Positions 1-10,484 of a stretch of DNA of 64,000 nt are shown in pieces; the first letter of the stretch is position 1, and the number at the start of each line of letters is the position of its first letter. The translations under genes were made by a program, and so were the position numbers. The notes below the pieces were generated by a model. The model saw only the letters and a list, made by a program, of their open reading frames with translations. It was not told where the DNA came from and did not search any database. The stretch lies in UHGV virus genome UHGV-0015805; one strand, 5' to 3'. The DNA is from a virus.

Positions 1-779
1 GCGTCGTTATCGTCGGTTGGCCCTGCTGTCAACTTTAGCTTGCCAACCATTGTCCCGCCTGATTTAAGCAATGCGGATGCTTGAAGCGCATTTGTCTTTC
101 CGTCAGAATATTCTTTGGTTACAGCATGATTAGACGCAGTAGGCGCGCCAACACTAATTGCTACATACTCAGACTGCGTGTCTGCTTTAACAAATGCAGC
201 AGTACCGTCTGTTGCGCCAGTCAATCTTGGTGCGTTTGTGCCTGTTGCCTCAATTGTTGCGCCGATATATAAAGGCGCCGGACCATCTGTGCTGATTTTA
301 TGAGCATTGATAATTGCATGCTCATTCATGTTGAGGTCTGTGTCAATTAGCCCATCACTACCAAGCAAACTGTGGTCGTCTACATATTTCTTTGTAGCTG
401 CGTCTTGGTCTGCCGTCGGGTCAAGTAGGTCTGTAATCTTGTGGTTGTTTAAGCTTGTCTCGGACTCAATTGCAAGACCTGTGTTGGTATTGCTAATCGA
501 ATGCACGCTGACGATAGACTTTCCATTCATGTTAAGATTGCCAGTCATGGGAACTGTACCGTCCGCCTTGAAATCACCGTTACTCCCGCCACCGCCTTGA
601 CTTGCTTGCTTAATCCATCCGCTACCTTCAGCATACTTATAAACATCGCCCGTGTCTATCTCATAGAACTCGTCGGCATTGTTTGCTTTAATGTCTGCCT
701 TGTTATCCGTGCTAAGCCCGCAATATTCAGCATATCTTTTATTTTCATAAAATGCAGGACGCTCTAATGTAATCGCCAT
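1..779 (-). CDS. tail fibre protein (N-terminal part; gene runs off the window start)
   Basis: Minus ORF starts at ATG 777-779, overlapping the upstream stop (TAATG), and is open to position 1. It is Gly/Thr/Ala-rich and fibre-like. Its N-terminus (MAITLERPAFYENKRYAEYCGLSTDNK...) is paralogous to the 779..973 ORF. It is absent from the ORF track only because it has no in-window stop. Confidence 0.55.
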   Translation of the reverse strand, partial: MAITLERPAFYENKRYAEYCGLSTDNKADIKANNADEFYEIDTGDVYKYAEGSGWIKQASQGGGGSNGDFKADGTVPMTGNLNMNGKSIVSVHSISNTNTGLAIESETSLNNHKITDLLDPTADQDAATKKYVDDHSLLGSDGLIDTDLNMNEHAIINAHKISTDGPAPLYIGATIEATGTNAPRLTGATDGTAAFVKADTQSEYVAISVGAPTASNHAVTKEYSDGKTNALQASALLKSGGTMVGKLKLTAGPTDDND

Positions 780-973
780 TAAATCACCTCCAATGCATTT
801 GGTTGTTCAACCCATTGCTTAGAATCGGCATCATAAAGAAAATATTTACTTGTATCAATTTCTTTGAATGCCGTTCCATTATCAACATTCTGCGGCTTCT
901 CGTCCGTAGACAGCCCGCTGAATCTTGCGCATCTGGGCGGCTCATAATAAGCAGGGCGAATTAAAGTAATCAA
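779..973 (-). CDS. small protein paralogous to the tail-fibre N-terminal domain
   Basis: TTG start at 971-973 with GGAGG RBS at 981-985. Sequence LITLIRPAYYEPPRCARFSGLSTDEKP...FKEIDTSKYFLYDADSKQWVEQ mirrors the N-terminus of the downstream fibre gene. Confidence 0.4.
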   Translation of the reverse strand: MITLIRPAYYEPPRCARFSGLSTDEKPQNVDNGTAFKEIDTSKYFLYDADSKQWVEQPNALEVI

Positions 974-1004
974 TAAATCGCCTCCTTGTAAATTGTAAAA
1001 ATTA

Positions 1005-1034
1005 AAGAGCCCGCAATTAAGCAGGCTCTTTTTG
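1005..1034 (-). terminator. hairpin terminator (AAGAGCC/GGCTCTT stem) spanning the stop of the 1017..1484 gene
   Basis: 7-bp stem at 1005-1011 and 1024-1030, flanked by T-runs on both strands. Confidence 0.35.
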
Positions 1035-1484
1035 ATTGTTGAAAATCCACATACCAACATATGACGCGCAAAATTCGTTTATATCCGAATATGCATATTC
1101 CGTCATGTCATAATTGCCATAGAAAATCGGCTCTTGCTCCTCGAACATTTGCAAATATCGTGCATCATTCGCAAGGTTGTTTTTCAGCGCGATATAATGC
1201 CCGTATTCATGACAAAGAGCAATAAGCATGCGCTTTTCGGTCGATTCTTTTATGCGGATTTCTTTGTGCTTTGGTATAATCTCGCCGTCTTCGCGATAAT
1301 GCGAAATAAACTTGATTTTGTATTCTGCCGTCAGTTCTGCATATTCATCATTGCCGACAAGCTGTTTGAATTGTTCAAGCGTCTTCGGCTTTTCTGTTGT
1401 CGATGGGAACAAGCTAATGATTGCTCCCGATACAAGGAACAGCACAAAGAATATTGCAAAGCTGATTAGAAATGTTTTACGCAT
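1017..1484 (-). CDS. putative membrane-anchored zinc metallopeptidase (HExxH)
   Basis: Likely start MRKTFLISFAIFFVLFLVSGAIISLF (N-terminal TM segment). HEYGH zincin motif in ...ALCHEYGHYIALKNN. Confidence 0.45.
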   Translation of the reverse strand: MRKTFLISFAIFFVLFLVSGAIISLFPSTTEKPKTLEQFKQLVGNDEYAELTAEYKIKFISHYREDGEIIPKHKEIRIKESTEKRMLIALCHEYGHYIALKNNLANDARYLQMFEEQEPIFYGNYDMTEYAYSDINEFCASYVGMWIFNNQKEPA

Positions 1485-3105
1485 TTTCTTTCTTATAGTA
1501 ATACAATCCATTGTCGAGGAAATTAGAGCCAATTACAATTGTACCTGCCTTATTAACAGCCAAACTGTTAATTTTCACAGATGTTTGTTGGATTGACCAA
1601 TTTATTCCGTCGTCACTTGCTGCAAAATTATTCCCATAATGAGCGATAAATCTTCCATCAAAAAACACGCACGAGCCAAACGGGACTGTTGCATCAGCAG
1701 TTCCAGCAATGCTCCAATTCACACCATCGCTGCTATATGCCACTTCTGTTCCGCTTCCTTTTATAACATAAACGCCATTTCCGTAAGAAATAAATGTAGA
1801 CGAAGTGCGCAAAGTATAGGTGGTATATTCAGGGAATGTTATCGTTGCAGTGTGAGCCGCCCAGTTGGTTGCATCTTCAGATATCCAAAACTTGTTTGTG
1901 CCATTTTCAAATAGAAAATACTTATCATTCGCCAATCCGCCATACGCGTTTAGCACATCGATGGTGCTAAGCTTTGCGTTAAAGCGAGCTGAACTTATCA
2001 ACGCACGCACAGGACGATAGCCGGAAATCCAAGATGTAGAATTCGCAGACATATCGCCAGATATTGTAGTTGCATAATCTTCATATGCAACACTGTTTAC
2101 TGGCGAGAGCCATGCAAAAGCGCCTGTTTGAATATTTTTTGAAAATCCACCAGTAATAGAGTAATAGGTCGTGCCAGATACATAATTTGACGTCCAAATT
2201 ATACTAAGCTCTCGCTTGCCAACAGACAACGCGCTCGGAGCATTAAGATGCACATCTGATTGCTTCTTGCCAGTATTTTCTATGTCCCAAGATTCTCCGT
2301 CTGTTGATTTTAAGTGATAAATACTACTTACCGCTCCCGATATCGCAGGAATTGCAAGAACATGAAAAGAGTCATCTTCACTATCGATAACTGCATTCGT
2401 AAACTTTTGACTGTCGGTATCTATTTGCTGCGAGGTAAACGAAATCTTTTCATACTGCAATACAATATCATCGCTTGCGCTTGCAATAATCCCAATTTCT
2501 CCTGAAACCGCGTTAATTGTGATAACGCCGTCAGCATATGCCGTGCTTGTAATGTCCGCGCCGCCCATTGTCACGGTTACGGTTGCGCCATTCATTGTAT
2601 ATCCCGCTTCTGCGGTCAATGTTGCAGTATAAGCAGAACCCTTGCGCACGCTCGTTGCGCTGTTGCTGCTTGTGCAGTTTGTCAGCGTATTTGTGACGCT
2701 GTAAAAGATATTTGTATAATCTTCTACATTCGACGCATCGCTGTCTTGGAAATTTGTTCCAATAGCAGTTGCCTTAAATTGAAAGTCGCTCTCGGGCAAT
2801 CCAACCGCAGTCAAATCAAGCTCTAATTGGTCGGACGGCAGAGTCCCATACAATTCAAAATCGCCGCCATCAACGCTCACGTAGCCATTATATCCAGTTA
2901 CAAAAGCGCCGTTATCGGTATTAGGAATGATGGTTAATGTATCGCCAGTTATTTTGATTTCTGGCGCGTAGAGCTTTGGTTGTTCTCCTCCGCCGCCTTG
3001 GTTAAGAGGGCACAAAATCGGTCTGCCAAATTCGTCCTTGCGGATTTCATAATCTTCAGAATCTACAAGATATTCTCCGCCAGGGACCTTGAACAATTTG
3101 CCCAT
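1477..3105 (-). CDS. tail fibre / receptor-binding protein with a BNR (Asp-box) beta-propeller-like C-terminus
   Basis: 542 aa. Asp-box repeats STDGESWD, SSDGVNWS, SDDGINWS and SEDATNWA. N-terminus GGEYLVDSEDYEI is shared with the 4560..5015 protein. Confidence 0.55.
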   Translation of the reverse strand: MGKLFKVPGGEYLVDSEDYEIRKDEFGRPILCPLNQGGGGEQPKLYAPEIKITGDTLTIIPNTDNGAFVTGYNGYVSVDGGDFELYGTLPSDQLELDLTAVGLPESDFQFKATAIGTNFQDSDASNVEDYTNIFYSVTNTLTNCTSSNSATSVRKGSAYTATLTAEAGYTMNGATVTVTMGGADITSTAYADGVITINAVSGEIGIIASASDDIVLQYEKISFTSQQIDTDSQKFTNAVIDSEDDSFHVLAIPAISGAVSSIYHLKSTDGESWDIENTGKKQSDVHLNAPSALSVGKRELSIIWTSNYVSGTTYYSITGGFSKNIQTGAFAWLSPVNSVAYEDYATTISGDMSANSTSWISGYRPVRALISSARFNAKLSTIDVLNAYGGLANDKYFLFENGTNKFWISEDATNWAAHTATITFPEYTTYTLRTSSTFISYGNGVYVIKGSGTEVAYSSDGVNWSIAGTADATVPFGSCVFFDGRFIAHYGNNFAASDDGINWSIQQTSVKINSLAVNKAGTIVIGSNFLDNGLYYYKKENA

Positions 3106-3109
3106 CTAA

Positions 3110-4546
3110 TCACTCCTTTGCATATAAATTAAATTCGAGCGTAAATGTTTTGTCATTTAACTTCTTATATTTTTGCGTTTTTATGTCAGAAAAATAAGAC
3201 TTTGTATAAGCGTCCATTGTGTCGAACGGTAGTCTTGATGCAGAGATACCGCCCATTTGCGATAGCATCGCCTGTATCTGCGCAATTGGAACGGACATAA
3301 CCTCTGCGGTATCGTCTACTATCTGTACAACAGACCAACCTGCGGGCAAATTCAAGTTGCCGTATGCCCACGTTGGATTTAATTGCTGTAAGAATGCGGA
3401 CTGCAATGTCTGGGCAGAATCGCTCTTTGCGACCATCCCATCAAGAGTATTAAACAAGCCCAAGAAGAACTGACTTGTCACTCCATATGCAGGAATAACA
3501 TTAAAGCATCCACAGGCATCTCCACCGTCGCCCTGATACATTACATATCCATTGTCCCACGTCGGCATAGAGCCAGTCGGGTCTTGCAAATTATATGCGG
3601 TTGTTACTGGGTCTCCATCTGCAACTGCGGGACCAAAAACATATGGCATACGAATCTTGTCTCCAATCACTACATTGTTTGAAGATTGTTTTTCGGTATA
3701 CCATTTAATATAATCTCGTGGTTCCATAAACAGAGGAGATCGGAAATTGTTACTCCATTCTGCGCTGTTTACACTACGCAATATTGCCGATTTTAACCCG
3801 GCGAATGTTTTCGCATCGCTTGTCTGAAAAGCAGGTATGTCACACACATGGTCGGAATCAACGAAATATGCCTTGCTCGCCCCACTGAACACATTGTTAA
3901 ACTGCGTTACATAATTTGTCATTAAATCCGAAGCGTATGAGTCTACTTGCGTTGCAACATCCGTCGATATGAAATTTATGTAAATTATCATATGCTCAAA
4001 TCCATCGTCAGCCCAAGAGAAAGCCGCTGCAGGGCTATAAATTCTGCATTCCAACCTATCAGGCGTTGCAATAACAACGCCGTTTCCTGTCGCGTCTCCA
4101 AAGTCGCGCAACGCATTGTAATCTGCCCCTGAAGAAGATGCGTCTAACGTGCCCACAATTCTTTCCCCTGTAGCATTGTGGGCATAATATCCTTTTGCAA
4201 GTGTAGCTGGCGTTACAGTATCATAAGAAATATCAATCAATGTAACACCGTTCACTTCGACTTTAGAGACCGCGGCATCTGCCGTTGCCTGAAAAACCAT
4301 AAGCGCCCAAAGTTCCTTAGTCGGCAAAGTGTCGAATGTCAATTTCTTAAACGCCGTATTGTTCCATGTCCCACTATCATATGCGAGAGTGCATGTGGAG
4401 CCATTGCAATATCCGAGATATCTTGCGGCATCTTCCTTCTGAACAAGCAGCTTGTCGAAATGTTGCCCGTTCGATGTGAACCCGATTTCAAAGCTTAGGC
4501 TCTCAGTTGTAAATGTCAGTCTGTCTTTCCAAGTCCAAGATAACAT
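3110..4546 (-). CDS. tail fibre / baseplate-associated structural protein
   Basis: 478-aa ORF in the fibre gene array with Gly/Ser/Thr/Asn-rich composition. No specific motif recognised. Confidence 0.45.
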   Translation of the reverse strand: MLSWTWKDRLTFTTESLSFEIGFTSNGQHFDKLLVQKEDAARYLGYCNGSTCTLAYDSGTWNNTAFKKLTFDTLPTKELWALMVFQATADAAVSKVEVNGVTLIDISYDTVTPATLAKGYYAHNATGERIVGTLDASSSGADYNALRDFGDATGNGVVIATPDRLECRIYSPAAAFSWADDGFEHMIIYINFISTDVATQVDSYASDLMTNYVTQFNNVFSGASKAYFVDSDHVCDIPAFQTSDAKTFAGLKSAILRSVNSAEWSNNFRSPLFMEPRDYIKWYTEKQSSNNVVIGDKIRMPYVFGPAVADGDPVTTAYNLQDPTGSMPTWDNGYVMYQGDGGDACGCFNVIPAYGVTSQFFLGLFNTLDGMVAKSDSAQTLQSAFLQQLNPTWAYGNLNLPAGWSVVQIVDDTAEVMSVPIAQIQAMLSQMGGISASRLPFDTMDAYTKSYFSDIKTQKYKKLNDKTFTLEFNLYAKE

Positions 4547-4559
4547 TTAATCGCCCCTC

Positions 4560-5015
4560 TCACATGGTAATTGTGGCAGTAAGTCCGCCACCATCATTTA
4601 TAGATTCTGAGTACGATGCGGAAGAGCCTGCCTCTAATGTGCCTGCAACTCCAAGCACGGTAACGCCCTGCCTAATATTTGCCGGAATAATCTTGGCAGA
4701 TTCAGTATCCGTAATTTTTGCAGTTCCGCCTGAATAATATCCCTCTGCGACCGATTTTGCAGACAGGTCGGATATTTCAATGTTTGCCTCGCCGTTGTTC
4801 GGCAAAGAGCCATATAATTTCCGCCCCTTTGAATATGCGGTCTTGTTCACGAGAATATCAAGGTCCGTTGCGGTTGCGTCATTGGTATTTGTGAGAGACT
4901 CAATCCCAGAAACATATTCGTCAGGGAACGAGATGAGAGTTACGCCGCCAGTTTTTTGGCGAATAGCAGTAGCGACCTTAGAAAGGTCAACACTATCGAC
5001 TAAATATTCTGCCAT
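4560..5015 (-). CDS. short tail fibre protein (shares the N-terminal EYLVDS domain)
   Basis: Probable start MAEYLVDSVDL at 5013-5015, overlapping the upstream stop (TGATG). Confidence 0.45.
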   Translation of the reverse strand: MAEYLVDSVDLSKVATAIRQKTGGVTLISFPDEYVSGIESLTNTNDATATDLDILVNKTAYSKGRKLYGSLPNNGEANIEISDLSAKSVAEGYYSGGTAKITDTESAKIIPANIRQGVTVLGVAGTLEAGSSASYSESINDGGGLTATITM

Positions 5016-5353
5016 CAGAAACTCACCCCATTTGCATTGGGCACAGTAGCCGCAGACCAAACGCCGTCTACTACGCGCAAAAACTTGCCGTTGTCTGCGG
5101 CTGTCACAGCAACAGCAGACATAGCAGACACATCCGACGCCGATAATGTAACAGCGCCCGTCTTATTGTTTACGCTTGCAACGGGGGCGCTTGTTAAATA
5201 GTCTGTCCCAGCAACAGCAGAAGAGATGTTGCCGTTTCCATCACCTTTAAGCAAGCCAGAGACAACAACCTTGTCCTGTTTTGCATCAACATCTTGTTTC
5301 CGCGGAATTGATAAAGCATCAACATATAAAGATAAGTTTTTCAAAATTATCAT
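5015..5353 (-). CDS. tail fibre-associated protein
   Basis: 112-aa ORF, coupled to its neighbours. Confidence 0.4.
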   Translation of the reverse strand: MIILKNLSLYVDALSIPRKQDVDAKQDKVVVSGLLKGDGNGNISSAVAGTDYLTSAPVASVNNKTGAVTLSASDVSAMSAVAVTAADNGKFLRVVDGVWSAATVPNANGVSF

Positions 5354-5424
5354 CTCCTTGCTTGTTTAAGAAAGTGCACCCCGCCCCGTTGTAAAGACGG
5401 GATGCAATAACATTGTTTGTTAAA

Positions 5425-7173
5425 TTAGCCGATAATAACAACGCGGTAGGTGTTAGCCGTCAAAGTACCAGTGCCATTAATAGTAATGGTAACATTGCCA
5501 TTAGAAGCAACAGTAACATCGGTCATGACCATAGCGCCACTGGCGACCTCATACACCTGAACGGTAACAGGGGTGGTAACGCCATGAGTGGCCTGAGCGA
5601 TAGTCCAAGTGAAAGCGCCACCAGATGCGGTCAGAGCCGTATTCTGAGCGGTGTATTTCTTCAGACCAGCGGGCAGAGCTTGCCAAGTAGGCGCACCAGT
5701 GCCAGAAGACACCAGATACTGGCCATTGGTGCCAGCGGCAGTAGGAGCATAGAAGCTGGGCGTCTTGGTGGCAGTGCCATTCAGAGTGATAGTGTTGGCA
5801 GTAGCGCCAGCATCAATACCAGCCAGCTTGGTGAAATCAGCGCTGGACAGAGCACCGTCCGCAGTACCAGAAGCAGCGCCCATCTTAATGCCATCAGTAC
5901 CGACGCTCAAGCCATTGCCAGCAACAACCTTGGCAGACACTTCATTTGTGTCGCTAATGGTGATACCATTGCCAGCCGTATACGCATCAACAAGGTCAGC
6001 AACATTGATATATACAGGCGCAGTCTGGTTCTGCAACACCAGCTTCAGGTATTTGCCCTCGGGCTGACCAGCGGGATTCTCAACAATCTCGCCGCTTTCA
6101 ACAAACAGGTCTTTGGGGATGTTGATAGCCTCGCCAACATTAGTGCCATCCTTGGTCAGGTGGTAAACCGCGGCATAATCAGTACTGGTTGCATCTTTCG
6201 TCAGGCTGTATACAGGCACATTGACTGTGGGAGCAGTAACCTTCAGACCAGCGTCGCTCAGCGTGGCGATGTTGCCCTCTGCGGGGTCAAGCTTAATGCC
6301 GACAGTGGGAGCGGTGGTAGTGCCGCCGACAGTGATGCCGCCATTGGTAGTAGCTGTCACAGATGCGACCTTCTCTTCAGCCAGAGTCTCGGCAGCAGCA
6401 GCATCAGCAGACGCCTGAGTAGCAAGAGCCTTTACGCCATACAGAGACAGCGTATCTTTATCATCCGTAGTCTGCCCCAGTTCCGCAGCGCCAATAGCAG
6501 CAGGGGTGATGGCCACAGCCTCAACGGCGGTCACATGCCCTGCGGCATCGACCGTAACTTTTGCCACATGGCTTGCATCGCCAGTAGCACCAACAGTTAC
6601 GCCTGACAGAGCGTGCCCAATAGTAAGCGTTTTGCCTGTACCGTTCACATCAACCCACTTATTGCCCGTAGCCATGGTAATAGTGTCGGTCTTAGCGGTT
6701 GCGGCAATGGTTGCATCATCTGCCTGTCCAGCCACAGCTGTAACTGCTTCGCTCTGCTTTTTAACTGCAACATTGCTAAATGCGTTCTGGTTAACTTCGC
6801 CACCGCCAGCAACAGCATTCTTGACTGCCGTGTCAAGTGCTTTCAGTGCCGCTTCGACGGTCATGTCGGCAGATACATAGCCATCCTCAACGGGCGTATA
6901 CCCAGCAAGGGTAAGCCCGATAACATTAGTAGTAGTTACATTGCCCGTTCCATCCAAACCAGTGATAACAGCGCCAGTAGTGCTGCCCTGATTATAAACA
7001 ACGCCGACAGGTCCCCAAGCAGTGCCGTTATAGCGATAAATAAATTTATCTGAGCTATTGTAGTAAATCTGACCTTCCTTCGGAGAGGCGGGGGCTGTGC
7101 TCAGAGGCTGAATCACGGCGTTCTGGAGTTCGTTCTGTAAAAGGTTAATTGATGCAAGATATTTAATTGCCAT
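5425..7173 (-). CDS. tail fibre protein
   Basis: 582 aa, Ala/Thr/Gly/Val-rich and repetitive. N-terminus MAIKYLASINLLQNELQNAV...YRYNGTAWGPVG is fibre-like. Confidence 0.55.
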   Translation of the reverse strand: MAIKYLASINLLQNELQNAVIQPLSTAPASPKEGQIYYNSSDKFIYRYNGTAWGPVGVVYNQGSTTGAVITGLDGTGNVTTTNVIGLTLAGYTPVEDGYVSADMTVEAALKALDTAVKNAVAGGGEVNQNAFSNVAVKKQSEAVTAVAGQADDATIAATAKTDTITMATGNKWVDVNGTGKTLTIGHALSGVTVGATGDASHVAKVTVDAAGHVTAVEAVAITPAAIGAAELGQTTDDKDTLSLYGVKALATQASADAAAAETLAEEKVASVTATTNGGITVGGTTTAPTVGIKLDPAEGNIATLSDAGLKVTAPTVNVPVYSLTKDATSTDYAAVYHLTKDGTNVGEAINIPKDLFVESGEIVENPAGQPEGKYLKLVLQNQTAPVYINVADLVDAYTAGNGITISDTNEVSAKVVAGNGLSVGTDGIKMGAASGTADGALSSADFTKLAGIDAGATANTITLNGTATKTPSFYAPTAAGTNGQYLVSSGTGAPTWQALPAGLKKYTAQNTALTASGGAFTWTIAQATHGVTTPVTVQVYEVASGAMVMTDVTVASNGNVTITINGTGTLTANTYRVVIIG

Positions 7174-7193
7174 AAATTATACACCATCCTAAA

Positions 7194-7646
7194 TTAGTTA
7201 AGATATGCTTTGCCACTAAATGCGGTCGAAAAAGCAATTGTAAGATTGTTCAGGTCGATATATTCGACACTACCAACAACAACAGTATCAGCACTGTCTA
7301 CTGTGGTCACAGACGGATATTTGCCGAGATTGTGCTGAATTTCCCACACAGACTCAGCGGATGCTTGTGTAAACACAAATGTCTTGTCGCCGTCACCGCT
7401 TCCACTCGTGGGCTTTAATGTCCTGTCAGGTTGAATGATATAGAGGTCGGCAGATGCTTCGCCTACAACTACAATTTTTTGACCGTAGTAATAGACAGTA
7501 TTAGACGAGCCAGGTGCTTCAGCCGTGGCTGCCGCAGCAACAGCTTCATCATAACTATTGAAATACGCATTGTATTCAACGGGCAATGCCGCAGTCATAG
7601 CTAACGGCACTGAAAAGTTTAGCTTTGGAAGATTTGCAATTGCCAT
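7194..7646 (-). CDS. tail fibre-associated / assembly protein
   Basis: 150-aa ORF between two fibre genes. Confidence 0.4.
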   Translation of the reverse strand: MAIANLPKLNFSVPLAMTAALPVEYNAYFNSYDEAVAAAATAEAPGSSNTVYYYGQKIVVVGEASADLYIIQPDRTLKPTSGSGDGDKTFVFTQASAESVWEIQHNLGKYPSVTTVDSADTVVVGSVEYIDLNNLTIAFSTAFSGKAYLN

Positions 7647-7660
7647 ATTGACCTCCTTTC

Positions 7661-10063
7661 TTAAATGGTAACGGTATATTTGTTCACAGTATCGTTGGCT
7701 TTTGCAAAGTCAATTCGATATACTTTATAGTTAATCGCGGTATAGCTAGCCGCGCCTTCAACATTCACAGTAGACGCAGTAAATGCAGCGGTTATGTCTG
7801 CATTAAGCCCGTTTACATCTTTGATGGATGTAACATTGCGCAATGTGGCTGGATATGCAATTACAACAGACTCTGCCCCAACAGGCACATTGACGGTAAA
7901 TGTGTTGCCATTTGCCAATGCTTTGCCAGATTTCTGAGCCAAGCCGCGAATAGACGCGCTACTAATTGCTGTGGACTTGTCGGCAAATGTCCCATAGAAA
8001 CTATTGCGATAACCACTAATAATGCCCGTCTGAGCAGTTTTAGTTGCGCCCTTAATCTGTCCCGCTGTATACGGTTTATTAAGCGCCGTGACAGGAATTT
8101 GCCCATCGCTGTATGTACCACTGACGGTAATTCGATATGCCGAACCATCAGGCACAATATATGCCGCGAATGTGCCCGATTGCGCATCTTTTGTTTCTGC
8201 CGTAACATTGTTGCTTACAGACCATGTGGTAATAGCCGCGCCTGTCGGAGTCGGACCATATTCATATTTGCCCGCATTAAATGTCGCGCTATAAGCAGGC
8301 GTGACACTTGTGCCGACCTCATATGCCTTAGCAGTGGCGCTTGATACAGTTACGGTGGGTTGTGTAATGGTCGGATTCTTATCTTCGCTGTATGCATCGT
8401 TCAGTATATCAAGCCAAGACTTATTGTCCGCTGGAACTGTAACTTTGCCACCAGTGGGTACATACTTGCCAAACTGGTAAGTAAATACAAGGTCGCCACT
8501 GAACATAACCTTGTCGGCAGAAATGGTATCGATAGAAGAACCCGGCTTAACCCACAAATTGCCGTCAGCATCGACGCCAACGGCAGATGTCATATCATCA
8601 GTCTTTGGCTCGGCTTTAACCCCGCCCAGCGTATCGGCTGTCGCGACAGGCAACTCGTATTGTTCTGGAATTGTCGGCTTGTCCGTTAAATCGTCATAAG
8701 AGCCGCTGAAATTGCTTGTGCCAGCGCCAATGTTTGCTCTTGCTTGCGCCTTTTCTTCGTCAGTAAAAGACTGGCTAAACACGCCCACATATTGCGACAA
8801 ATCAACGCCGTTAGTGCCAGCGTTAATCCACAACTGACTTGCCTCAGAATAGATATACAGGATTTTATCATTATCCATGTCGGTAATGGTTAAAATCAAT
8901 CCATCCCAATTCTTAGGCTGACGATCATAGTTGTCAACAATATATTGTGTAGCTACTGTCTGAACAGTATCTTTCGTGGCGTTGATTACTTCATCTTTGT
9001 TGCGAATTTGAACTGCAGTAATATCTGCAAGCTCGGCTTTTGTAGCATATGTGTTTGCAATATTGTTTCCATCCGCATCACCAGTTGCACGGGCAACTAC
9101 GGTTGTTCCGTCTGTAAGATTACTCGATAGTTGGTCGAGATTTTCTTGCACTTGCGCAATAGCGTTTGCCTGTGCCGTAGACACTGGCTTATCTTCATCG
9201 GATGTATTATCAACATTGCCAAGCCCAATATCCGCCTTAGATAATTCGATGACGCCCGTTTTGCTATTGACAGACTGTACGGGTGCAGCACTTGCGGCTT
9301 GCTCTTTATTCACATATCCCGCATCATTAGTCAGTTGACTAACATTTACAGGGATGTCAGACGTTTTTGCATAATCCGCCAATGCATCTTCTGTGATGAA
9401 CCCGTTGTCATTTTCAAGCTCAGATGTCTTTGTCGGAATCGTCGGTCGATTGATAAGGCTGTTATAGTTGCCGTCAAAATCGCTCGTTCCTGCTCCAATA
9501 TTTTCACGCGCCTGTTGTTTCTGCTCGTCGGTTAAGGACTGCTCGGCATATTTAACAGACTGCGTTTCAACAGCGCCTGTAAGCCCGTCTACGCTTGTCA
9601 CAGGATACGGTGGAGGATTGTCGGCACTATATTGCTTTACATTGTCAAGATTCCCAAGTCCAACAGTGTTTTTATCAATGGATAATTCGGCAATTTTATC
9701 AACAATTGGTTGCTCAATGCCGTTAATTTTGATTGCCGTAATTGCACCATCGCCACCGCCTTGGACTTCAGCCCAATAGATATTCTTGCCATCATTTGTC
9801 AAATACCAACCCTTGGTATCTTCGCTGATTTCAGGCAATGTCCCATCAGGCAACGGAACAGTGCTTTCTTCATACTTGCGTGTTGTCGGATTCCATATCA
9901 TCCAATAGCCGTTTGTCCCAGGCGTAGGCGGATGATTATTGATGTCTGTAATTGTCCGCTCTATCTGATAGAACTCACTTGGCAGGGCGTTGTTACAATC
10001 GCAGTGCTTTTGAGTGGGTTTCTTGCAATTCTTTTTGTTGCTTGCTTTGCTGTTGTTTGCCAT
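7661..10063 (-). CDS. large tail fibre protein with internal repeats
   Basis: 800 aa. Repeated modules QARENIGAGTSDFDGNYNSLINRPTIP and QARANIGAGTSNFSGSYDDLTDKPTIP. N-terminal Cys cluster CKKPTQKHCDC. Confidence 0.55.
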   Translation of the reverse strand: MANNSKASNKKNCKKPTQKHCDCNNALPSEFYQIERTITDINNHPPTPGTNGYWMIWNPTTRKYEESTVPLPDGTLPEISEDTKGWYLTNDGKNIYWAEVQGGGDGAITAIKINGIEQPIVDKIAELSIDKNTVGLGNLDNVKQYSADNPPPYPVTSVDGLTGAVETQSVKYAEQSLTDEQKQQARENIGAGTSDFDGNYNSLINRPTIPTKTSELENDNGFITEDALADYAKTSDIPVNVSQLTNDAGYVNKEQAASAAPVQSVNSKTGVIELSKADIGLGNVDNTSDEDKPVSTAQANAIAQVQENLDQLSSNLTDGTTVVARATGDADGNNIANTYATKAELADITAVQIRNKDEVINATKDTVQTVATQYIVDNYDRQPKNWDGLILTITDMDNDKILYIYSEASQLWINAGTNGVDLSQYVGVFSQSFTDEEKAQARANIGAGTSNFSGSYDDLTDKPTIPEQYELPVATADTLGGVKAEPKTDDMTSAVGVDADGNLWVKPGSSIDTISADKVMFSGDLVFTYQFGKYVPTGGKVTVPADNKSWLDILNDAYSEDKNPTITQPTVTVSSATAKAYEVGTSVTPAYSATFNAGKYEYGPTPTGAAITTWSVSNNVTAETKDAQSGTFAAYIVPDGSAYRITVSGTYSDGQIPVTALNKPYTAGQIKGATKTAQTGIISGYRNSFYGTFADKSTAISSASIRGLAQKSGKALANGNTFTVNVPVGAESVVIAYPATLRNVTSIKDVNGLNADITAAFTASTVNVEGAASYTAINYKVYRIDFAKANDTVNKYTVTI

Positions 10064-10446
10064 TAACTCTGAGCCTCCTCTTGGCAGTTACATACGCCAA
10101 TGAGGCTGTTGTTGACCCACCCATTGAATATTTCGCTGTGATAAACTCGACCGTCATTATTGATTCCTCGAAGTTGCATGGCATATCTTCCGCTGTATGG
10201 CAACATATCAGATGTAAGCAATGCCGAACAAATATTTCCACTGCGCCGCAAATTGATAATATTAAAATGCTCATCTCCACAGCAACACTGCTCATTTGCA
10301 TAATCAATGTCGAGCTTGTAATTCCACGATTCATCAGTGTCTACCGCCACAGTAATCATATCAACGCCATTATTTGCCTCAAATCCAATGTTGCGCGTGT
10401 CTTGCGTTACCTTTGTGCCATCAAGCGTAATATTCACATCAACCAA
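10063..10446 (-). CDS. hypothetical tail or baseplate protein
   Basis: 127-aa ORF, start overlapping the upstream stop. Confidence 0.4.
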   Translation of the reverse strand: MVDVNITLDGTKVTQDTRNIGFEANNGVDMITVAVDTDESWNYKLDIDYANEQCCCGDEHFNIINLRRSGNICSALLTSDMLPYSGRYAMQLRGINNDGRVYHSEIFNGWVNNSLIGVCNCQEEAQS

Positions 10447-10484
10447 CTCCTTTCCTATATATTAAGGCAAAAATATTGCCATTG

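Noticed and set aside
5413-7053. Long plus-strand ORFs (397, 146 and 124 aa) opposite the 5425..7173 fibre gene
   Set aside because: They lie antisense to a repetitive Ala/Gly/Thr-rich gene, with low-complexity translations and no RBS. They are typical shadow ORFs.
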